NCBI GenBank assembly: GCA_050951545.1 | Contig: JBMNJG010000007.1 | Location: 256,001-320,000, forward strand | Length of the DNA stretch: 64,000 bases | Source of the DNA: Limnochordia bacterium | Lineage (GTDB): Bacteria; Bacillota; Limnochordia; DTU080 | Direction of reading: 5' to 3' | Shown here: piece after piece, positions 57,039 to 64,000 of the stretch | How the letters are laid out: each line of letters opens with the position of its first letter | How positions within the stretch are numbered: position 1 is the stretch's first letter | Notes under the pieces: generated by a model | The model's input: the letters and a program-made list of their open reading frames with translations, nothing else | Databases searched by the model: none | Told to the model about the DNA's origin: nothing | Program-made: the position numbers and the translations under genes

Positions 57039-58304
57039 ATGATGTTGCAGACCGGTCCGAGCCCGGGCGATACCAGCTGGTTTGTTCACGATCGTCTCGG
57101 CATGTTCATCCATTGGGGAATATACGCGCTGCCCGCCAGACATGAATGGGTGAAATCACGTGAACTCATCTCGGATGACGCCTACGACAGATACTTCCGC
57201 CACTTCGATCCAGATCTGTATGAGCCGCGGCTCTGGGCTCAAGCTGCCGCAGACGCTGGCATGAAATACTTCGTTGTAACCACGAAGCACCATGACGGGT
57301 TCTGCCTTTGGGATAGTGCCCTTACGGACTACAAGGCGACCAACACGCCAGCGGGGCGTGATCTACTGCAGCCAATGACCAAAGCCTTTCGTGAGCAGGG
57401 CCTACGCGTCGGTTTTTACCACTCTCTTATCGATTGGCATCATCCTGAGTTCGTGATTGATCGCATACACCCCATGCGCAATCGACCAGACAAAGAAGAA
57501 CTGAATCAGAAGCGTGATCAGACCAAGTATGCGGAGTACCTGCATGGCCAAGTGCGTGAGTTGCTGACGCAGTTTGGCACCGTAGACATCATGTGGCTGG
57601 ATTTTAGCTACCCTGGGCCCGATGGAAAAGGCCGTGATGACTGGCAGAGTGAAAAACTGTACGCAATGATCCGCGAGTTGCAGCCTGACGTGGTACTCAA
57701 CGATCGCATGGACCTGCCGGATGGCTGGGATATCAAGACACCCGAGCAGTTTCAGCCACGTGAGTGGGTGCGGGTCAATGGCCAACCAGTCGTGTGGGAA
57801 GCGTGTCAGACGTTTTCTGGATCATGGGGCTATCACCGTGAGGAGGCGACCTGGAAGAGCCTTGAGCAGCTAGTGCGGATGCTGATCGACACGGTGAGCA
57901 AGGGGGGCAACCTCCTGCTGAACGTGGGGCCGACGGGCCGTGGCGAGTTCGATCAGCGGGCGCTTGATCGCTTGCAGGGTATTGGTGAGTGGATGAAGCG
58001 CCATAGCCGCTCGATCTACGGTTGCACGCAGGCGCCAGCGGAGTTCGAGGCACCACAAGACTGCCGCCTGACGTATCATCCAGAAAAGCGGCGCCTGTAT
58101 CTGCATGTATTTGCCTGGCCCTTCCGCCAGCTTCATCTGGACGGGTTTGCGGGCAAGATCGCCTATGCGCAGCTGCTCAATGATGCGTCGGAGATCACGT
58201 TTCAGGTGCGCGATAGGGATAACGAGAGCCAGGCCCTGACCCTCAACCTACCAGTGCAAAAACCTGCTGTCACGGTGCCAGTGATCGAGCTTTTCCTGAA
58301 ATAG
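57039..58304 (+). CDS. Alpha-L-fucosidase (GH29)
   Basis: GMFIHWG, KHHDGF, WLDF, SWGY, GGNLLLNVGP. Confidence 0.93.
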   Translation: MMLQTGPSPGDTSWFVHDRLGMFIHWGIYALPARHEWVKSRELISDDAYDRYFRHFDPDLYEPRLWAQAAADAGMKYFVVTTKHHDGFCLWDSALTDYKATNTPAGRDLLQPMTKAFREQGLRVGFYHSLIDWHHPEFVIDRIHPMRNRPDKEELNQKRDQTKYAEYLHGQVRELLTQFGTVDIMWLDFSYPGPDGKGRDDWQSEKLYAMIRELQPDVVLNDRMDLPDGWDIKTPEQFQPREWVRVNGQPVVWEACQTFSGSWGYHREEATWKSLEQLVRMLIDTVSKGGNLLLNVGPTGRGEFDQRALDRLQGIGEWMKRHSRSIYGCTQAPAEFEAPQDCRLTYHPEKRRLYLHVFAWPFRQLHLDGFAGKIAYAQLLNDASEITFQVRDRDNESQALTLNLPVQKPAVTVPVIELFLK

Positions 58305-58314
58305 TTCGGAGTTA

Positions 58315-58337
58315 GGGCCCACCGTAGCGGTGGGCCC
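58315..58337. terminator. Hairpin between convergent genes
   Basis: GGGCCCACCG-TAG-CGGTGGGCCC. Confidence 0.55.
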
Positions 58338-58347
58338 GACACTATCG

Positions 58348-59526
58348 TCAGCCTAGGAACCCTTTGATCAATACCACTGGCGTGCCGGCATCTGAAGAGC
58401 CACTGACCAAGTCGGCGAGAGTCGCCATCAAGTCTTCCATCTTGCGAGGGGTCGTACCTTCGGTCTCGGCACTTCCTGGGTTGGGGGTCTCTTTTTTGCG
58501 GGCCTCCAGAACAGTCTCGATGTCGGCAACGCTACTGCCCTTGTACCACAGATCGTCGACGATATACTTGTACTTCAGTCCACTCCGGTAGCGACCGCCC
58601 AGGCCTTTAGTGATGCCAAAAGTGGGCTGCGGGTCTGCCAGTTCATAGATGCCTGTAGACGGATCTCGGTAGGCGCCGTCACCGTAGATGATCACTTCCA
58701 CATGCTTGCCTAGTCTTTGGGCAACCATGCTCTGCAACTCCTGGGCGAGCGTGCTGGCTCCTCTGGGAGCTAGCTTAAGCATATCATCCGATGATAGGTT
58801 GCTACCCAACAGCCCCCACTCTGACCAGGCAGTATCGCCGGCATTGCACAGATCCTGCAGTGTGATGCAGTTTTGCCCAACTGCCTCGAGTTCGTCTCTT
58901 ACCCGATCTCGGCTGTGGACATTAGCGACCACGATGCCATCAAGTTCCCGACGTGCCATCTCTAGTGGGTCGTTGCAGAGATATAGGCTGGGACGAGCGC
59001 CTTGGGCGGCAATAACCTGTTGATAAAGGTCGACATAGTCGACGCCAGTAACGGGGTGTCGCGTTCTGTTTGTTCCAAGCTCCATCAACGTAATGACGTC
59101 GCCTTCGCTTTTCCCCAGTGCTTGAGCGGTCTCTTGTGGCAATAGCAGGTTGCCCACTTCATCGGTCGGATGGGCAAACTGCACCACGACCTCCCCCGAG
59201 TCAACCGCCTTAGCCAGTCCTTTCAGGATCAGTGAGAAACGATTGCGGCTGAGGAGGGGGAACAGAACACCGAGTTTGCCGCCTGGTTTGAGTTCAAGTT
59301 TTTGGCGTGTTTCCCGCGCAATATCCTCAGTTGTCACGTAGTTGTTTTGGGCTCGCGCCACTATCGACTCCGTGATGCAAATCGTGTCGGCGTCATCCAA
59401 AAGGCCATCGGCGTCGCATTTCGCCAAGGCGTCGTAGACCATTTGCACGATATTGCTTCCGGGTACGACGACCCCCATCTTGATGCCAAAGGCAGATACT
59501 CCAACATAATCGGGCAACCTGGTCAC
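58348..59526 (-). CDS. Coenzyme F420-0:L-glutamate ligase (CofE)-like family protein
   Basis: ITESIVARAQ, YGDGAY, EGTTPR, LADLVSGSSDAGTPVVLIKG. Confidence 0.75.
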   Translation of the reverse strand: MTRLPDYVGVSAFGIKMGVVVPGSNIVQMVYDALAKCDADGLLDDADTICITESIVARAQNNYVTTEDIARETRQKLELKPGGKLGVLFPLLSRNRFSLILKGLAKAVDSGEVVVQFAHPTDEVGNLLLPQETAQALGKSEGDVITLMELGTNRTRHPVTGVDYVDLYQQVIAAQGARPSLYLCNDPLEMARRELDGIVVANVHSRDRVRDELEAVGQNCITLQDLCNAGDTAWSEWGLLGSNLSSDDMLKLAPRGASTLAQELQSMVAQRLGKHVEVIIYGDGAYRDPSTGIYELADPQPTFGITKGLGGRYRSGLKYKYIVDDLWYKGSSVADIETVLEARKKETPNPGSAETEGTTPRKMEDLMATLADLVSGSSDAGTPVVLIKGFLG

Positions 59527-59714
59527 CTTTACACATCCTCTTTTCTCGTAGGGCTCGGCAGACGATGGCGCCACTCACAAAGTACACCCTATACGCTCGG
59601 ATTTGTCAATATCGACGGACCCCAAACGCGAAGGAAGCCTTGCTATGGAGGTGACAGAGCAAGGCTTCGCTGGACTGTGTCTGCAAACACATGGGGCTGT
59701 AGCCGAAAGGCTTT

Positions 59715-60962
59715 CTATGGCTTGGCCTCCAGCAGAGCATTGATCTGTCGCGAGAGGTTCGCAACACCCGCAGCGACGGACACTTGCCCCGTCCGGATGC
59801 TAGTCCAGCCGCTGTTGAGGACGCCCTGCAGGTCAAAGGCCTCGGGCACTTTGCGTAGCGCCGGATACTCGGCGTAATTCATGGCCATCAGAAATACGTG
59901 GTAGTCGACGCCGTCACGCAGCTTCGACTGCAGATTGACGAAGTGCTGGCCCAAGCGCCGCAAGCCCGGAATTCTCCCCAGTGCCGTCGACCAGGTCTTG
60001 GCGGCCTCTAGCTCTGTGGTCATGAAACGGATGAACTTCCAGGCCTCCTCTTTGTGCGCGGAGTTCTGGCTCATGAAAAGACCGTTCGGATACAGAATTG
60101 TGCTACGTCTTGTGCCCATGGCTAGCGGAGCGAGATCCCAGTCGAAACCGAGTCTGGCATAGGTAGGAGTGGACCAACTGCCACTGTAGACCATGGCCGC
60201 CGTGGCACCATTGAACGACCCTCCGACGACGTTATGGACAAGATATGCGTCGGCCACTTTCTGCAGTGCTAGAATGGTGTTTGGCGTTTCAGCGAGTGAG
60301 CGGCGCGCCTGTGGATCGAGCCATTCGCCGCCCCACCAGGAGGGCCACATCCACATGTCTCCGAACCCGGCAACTCCAAAGCGTCGCGGGGTGCTATCAG
60401 GGCTATCGGTGAGTTTGGCAGCCGTTTCCATAAGGGTATCCCAGTTCCAGTGTTGGGCAGAAGGATCATGCGGTGGATGGGCTACGCCTGCCTCATCGAA
60501 GCGATCCGTGTTGTAATAGGTCACGAAGGTGGAGATCTCTGTTGGGACGGCGATCAGCTTACCGCCTATGACAAACGAGTTCCAGACGGGGGCGTAGAAG
60601 TCCGAGGCCGCTACACGGTCCCGAGCGACAAAAGGTGCCAGATCCGCAAATGGATTGGCGGGCACGAGGTTGATGAACTCACTGCCTAAGCGCATCACAT
60701 CGGGCATGACACCAGTTACGGCCATGATCTGCAGTTTCGTGACCACTTCTGCTGAGGAAACAGAGGTCACATCGACTTCTGCGTTGTTAGCCGCCTCGAA
60801 CTCGTCGATCAACGGTTGTAGTATCTCCATGGTTTCGGCACTCAGGTAATGCATGAAAGAGATCTTGGGCAGTTTCGTAGCTGGTGCCGCGTGACCTACT
60901 ACGCATACCAGGAGAATCGCTAGAGCTATGCATCCAACGACCTGAACACTTCTACGGGCCAT
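59715..60962 (-). CDS. Sugar ABC transporter solute-binding protein
   Basis: Signal peptide ending GHA; MPDV, YYNTDRF, WNWDTL, EAWKFIRF. Confidence 0.88.
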   Translation of the reverse strand: MARRSVQVVGCIALAILLVCVVGHAAPATKLPKISFMHYLSAETMEILQPLIDEFEAANNAEVDVTSVSSAEVVTKLQIMAVTGVMPDVMRLGSEFINLVPANPFADLAPFVARDRVAASDFYAPVWNSFVIGGKLIAVPTEISTFVTYYNTDRFDEAGVAHPPHDPSAQHWNWDTLMETAAKLTDSPDSTPRRFGVAGFGDMWMWPSWWGGEWLDPQARRSLAETPNTILALQKVADAYLVHNVVGGSFNGATAAMVYSGSWSTPTYARLGFDWDLAPLAMGTRRSTILYPNGLFMSQNSAHKEEAWKFIRFMTTELEAAKTWSTALGRIPGLRRLGQHFVNLQSKLRDGVDYHVFLMAMNYAEYPALRKVPEAFDLQGVLNSGWTSIRTGQVSVAAGVANLSRQINALLEAKP

Positions 60963-61060
60963 CTGTTTCCCCCTTGATCTGCAGATGGACAATACCGTCA
61001 TTGTTCTGTAATTCGCTGCGGACAGAGACTTCCCCTTCTCAACTGTGTGACTCGATGCTG

Positions 61061-61088
61061 CACCAAAGGGAGCTACGAGCCATATCGT
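61061..61088 (+). promoter_or_regulatory. SigK-like promoter upstream of the second feoA
   Basis: CACC-16 nt-CATATCGT. Confidence 0.55.
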
Positions 61089-61136
61089 AAGCTTGGTGCA
61101 TGGTTGGTGCATACATGGAAGGGCGTGTGGGTTGAG

Positions 61137-61379
61137 ATGGTCAATCGGGCTCTATCCTCATTGGCCATAGGTGATGAGGCGGTCGTATGCGGAATTGAGG
61201 CTGATGTCGACACACGGTGGCGCATGCTAGATCTGGGTCTTGTTCCCGGTACCCGGGTCAAGGTCATCAGACGTAGCCCACTAGGTGATCCTGTTTTGTA
61301 CATGTTTAGGGGAACCGCCATGGCTCTCAGAAACTCGGATGCAGAGAGGGTACGGGTCACTCGTGTATGGGAGGTGTAG
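61137..61379 (+). CDS. feoA: FeoA family protein (second copy)
   Basis: RMLDLGLVPG..SPLGDP..MALRNSDA. Confidence 0.9.
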   Translation: MVNRALSSLAIGDEAVVCGIEADVDTRWRMLDLGLVPGTRVKVIRRSPLGDPVLYMFRGTAMALRNSDAERVRVTRVWEV

Positions 61380-61384
61380 CGCCT

Positions 61385-62184
61385 ATGTTCCTCTCGTCGC
61401 GAGAGTGTACCAATGGCGAGAGCGATGCGGTGGTTCGCGCCGGATGAAGGCGGGCAAGGATGATAGACTGCCAGTGGTCGCTTTGGCGGGGAATCCTAAC
61501 ACGGGAAAGACAACACTCTTTAACTGTCTGACGGGAATGCGGCAGCACACGGGAAACTGGCCAGGCAAGACGGTCTTACTCGCAGAAGGCGTGGCTCAGA
61601 GCCCTTTCGGGCATTTTCGGATCATCGATCTACCCGGCACTTACACGCTTCTCGCTGCCTCCGCAGAGGAGCGTGTCGCTCGTGACTTCATCTGCTTTGG
61701 CAAGCCAGACGCCACGATTGTCCTGGCTGATGCCACGGCTCTTCAGCGCAACTTGAGCTTGGTTCTGCAGGCGATGGAGATCACCAACCGGATTGTCGTC
61801 TGCGTGAACCTCATAGACGAGGCCTCATCGCAAAGGGCTGGCTGTGAATACTGCCGTGCACTGCAGCGATCGTTTGGGTGTACGCGTGGTGGCTACGAGC
61901 GCCCGTAGCGGAGCGGGAGTCGCCGATCTCATGAGGGCTGTGCGCGCTGTGGTCGACGGAGAAGGGAGCCTCGAACCGCGACAGATGGCCTACGGGGAGA
62001 AGATCGAGACGGCTATTCGCTGCGTGTGATGAGCCAGATCGATCCTATGCTAGCCGGTCACGTGAACAGCAGGTGGCTTGCTCTGCGACTCTTGGAGGGC
62101 GACCGAAGTGTTGTGGAGGCCCTACGGGAGTATCTGGCTGAACAAGGCGTTTCCCAGGCAGATGCACCCATGGCCTGGGGATGA
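61385..62184 (+). pseudogene. Frameshifted FeoB N-terminal GTPase-only gene
   Basis: GNPNTGKT..GNWPGKTV..DLPGTY..NLIDEA in one frame; HRKGLAV..VVATSARSG in a second from about 61826; RWLALRLLEGD in a third from about 62025, stop at 62184; no membrane domain follows. Confidence 0.75.
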
Positions 62185-62352
62185 TCAAGCGAGCGTCACC
62201 CCACTCATGGAACCGTACGGCTGTCGGAGTGCTTTGACCGCTATTCCTCGTTCTTGAACCATTCCTACAGGGTCGCTCGTGCCCGCCGTCTGAATGCACC
62301 CCCCGGAGAGGAGCGTTCACTGGTATCCGCCCCAAGCGCTGGCTCTACCGCA

Positions 62353-62443
62353 GGCTGGGGCGGTGGCAAAAGAGGGCGGTTTCGGTCTTTGCTTCCGTCT
62401 GTAACCGCCCTCGGAGCTGCCTCTTCCACCTAGAAACCTTGCT
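62353..62443 (-). repeat. Second copy of the dispersed hairpin repeat (see 4393-4484)
   Basis: GAGGGCGGTT...AACCGCCCTC stem; homologous to 4393-4484. Confidence 0.7.
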
Positions 62444-62626
62444 CCACCACAAAAAACTCGCTCTGGCCCGATAGAGGGGATCGGTCTCTTACTGAGATCA
62501 GCTATATCGCTCAGACCTGCGCGGATGAAGGGGGCCAGGCCCGAGGCCATCACATATCACGAATCCCAGTGTGGACTCCCGGGAGGTACTGCCCCCCGGC
62601 CCCTTTGTTGCCAGATTGCCAGTGAT

Positions 62627-63307
62627 CTACTTCTTTTCTCTCCTGAAGCACATGAACCAATCAAGGCAGTAGTAGTCATCGTTCTGTCTGTCAACGCGCT
62701 CTTGAGCTGTGCCGCACGAGCCAGGAGGAGGCACGATCACATCATCGCCAGGTCTCCAGTCAGCAGGGGTAGCGATGCCTTCAGCGTCTGCCTTCTGTAG
62801 GGCGATGACGATTCGCTTGAGTTCGTCGAAATTCCGGCCAGTGGATAGTGGGTAGTAGAGGATGCAGCGCACTTTGGCCTTGTCGTCGATGATGAAGACT
62901 GCCCGAACAGCCTGCGTGGTTGAAGCGTTGGGCTGAATCATCCCGTACTTGTTCGCCACTTCCATCTTGATGTCATCGATGAGTGGGAAGGTGACCTCGA
63001 CATCCTTCATGCCTCTAAACTCGATTTTCTCTTTGATAGTGCGCAGCCACGCGATGTGTGAATAGAGGCTGTCCACAGAGAGGCCGATGAGCTCTACGTT
63101 TAGATCACGGAACTCCTGTTGCATGGTCGCGAACGTCATGAACTCAGTGGTACAGACTGGAGTGAAATCAGCGGGGTGGCTGAAAAGGATCACCCATTTG
63201 CCCTTGTAGTCTTCCGGAAAGCTGATATCGCCCTGTGTTGTCTTGGCCTTGAAGGCCGGTGCATCGTCGCCAATAAGAGGCATACGGTTCGCCACGATTT
63301 CCTCCAT
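62627..63307 (-). CDS. Peroxiredoxin (Prx6/TDXH type)
   Basis: FSHPADFTPVCTTE, AVRAVF, GRN, PADW, DWFMC. Confidence 0.95.
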   Translation of the reverse strand: MEEIVANRMPLIGDDAPAFKAKTTQGDISFPEDYKGKWVILFSHPADFTPVCTTEFMTFATMQQEFRDLNVELIGLSVDSLYSHIAWLRTIKEKIEFRGMKDVEVTFPLIDDIKMEVANKYGMIQPNASTTQAVRAVFIIDDKAKVRCILYYPLSTGRNFDELKRIVIALQKADAEGIATPADWRPGDDVIVPPPGSCGTAQERVDRQNDDYYCLDWFMCFRREKK

Positions 63308-63460
63308 GGAAGCATCCTCCCTATGCATTGGTGCATAGTCAGTAGGTTCTACGCCCCAGTATGGATTCCTACCTGATAAAGAAAACTGTGTGTAACTTTT
63401 TTGTTGCTGGTGCTCTTACCGCTCTCGAAGGAGGCACTAGATCTAGCGCTCAACAGTTGC

Positions 63461-64000
63461 CTATGGCCGTGGCTTGAGGGCCAGCGAATGTAGGATCTCC
63501 GGCCAGAGTGCTTGGATCTCCGGCGTGTCAAGCTCAGGTTCGAAGCCAAGAGAGAGATAGAGCTTGATAGCGGCCAAGCGCTGGGATGTAGTGCTGAGCA
63601 CACAGGCTTGCATCTGCAGTTGTGCAAAGAAGTGCATCACAGAAAGAGACACTGCCCGACCCAGCCCCAGGTGGCGATGCTCGGGATGCGTAGCCACCAT
63701 GTGCAGAATGCCGACGTGCGGGCCGTATTCTTTCAGGACCCACCAAGCGCATGCCGTGGCCACTGGCAGGTCGTCGTGAACGGCGAAAAAGAGCCCATCG
63801 GGGCGAAAAACTGGCTTGTCACGCATCTCGGCGTAGAAACGTTCAACGGTCCACTGGCCGACTTGCCCGCTCATGACGCTACACCAGGCCGCAGCGTCGC
63901 CGTCGCGGTAGGTGCGAATACTGTAGCCAGGGGGGGTGATTACGGCAGGGAGATTGCTTAAGTTGCTGAGGCGCATGGCGAAGCGTACGGGATCAGAGGC
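63461..64000 (-). CDS. GNAT acetyltransferase, paralog of 54363-54908 (frame open to the window end)
   Basis: PPGYSIR, PVATACA, HPEHRHLGLG, AIKLYLSLGF. Confidence 0.85.
   Translation of the reverse strand, partial: ASDPVRFAMRLSNLSNLPAVITPPGYSIRTYRDGDAAAWCSVMSGQVGQWTVERFYAEMRDKPVFRPDGLFFAVHDDLPVATACAWWVLKEYGPHVGILHMVATHPEHRHLGLGRAVSLSVMHFFAQLQMQACVLSTTSQRLAAIKLYLSLGFEPELDTPEIQALWPEILHSLALKPRP

Noticed and set aside
54363-64000. Two similar GNAT genes as a recent segmental duplication
   Set aside because: Similarity is evident at protein level but the flanks are unrelated; ordinary paralogs.

Overview
64 kb of chromosomal DNA from a GC-rich, probably anaerobic, spore-forming Bacillota. A Limnochordia-like diderm lineage is my inference, from solute-binding proteins without lipoboxes plus SigH- and SigK-like promoters. 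It is mostly carbohydrate, amino-sugar and amino-acid catabolism: a ROK-linked operon (NagB-like, PIG-L, Gfo, DegT, Gfo, ceramidase-like, GH20-like), several Gfo/Idh/MocA genes, rhaB, a GH29 fucosidase, a PL26-like secreted protein, sdaAB/sdaAA, ald and gdh. Metal homeostasis genes are also present: dtxR-feoA-feoB with an operator, a second broken feoA-feoB', nikR and a CDF transporter. I found no rRNA, tRNA, CRISPR array or recognisable transposase. The most unusual region is about 2040-4700. It holds a gene for a tandem winged-helix plus Vsr/DUF559-like nuclease protein with SOS (LexA) boxes upstream and degenerate direct repeats on both sides. A tandem ~230-bp non-coding repeat follows, then a hairpin repeat that recurs about 58 kb away. 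Other highlights are a 68-aa zinc-ribbon protein with a beta-clamp motif (QLSLF), an uncalled 33-aa membrane peptide gene, and a possible catabolic 'reverse WbpBED' amino-sugar pathway. All family calls come from motif recognition by eye; no searches were run.
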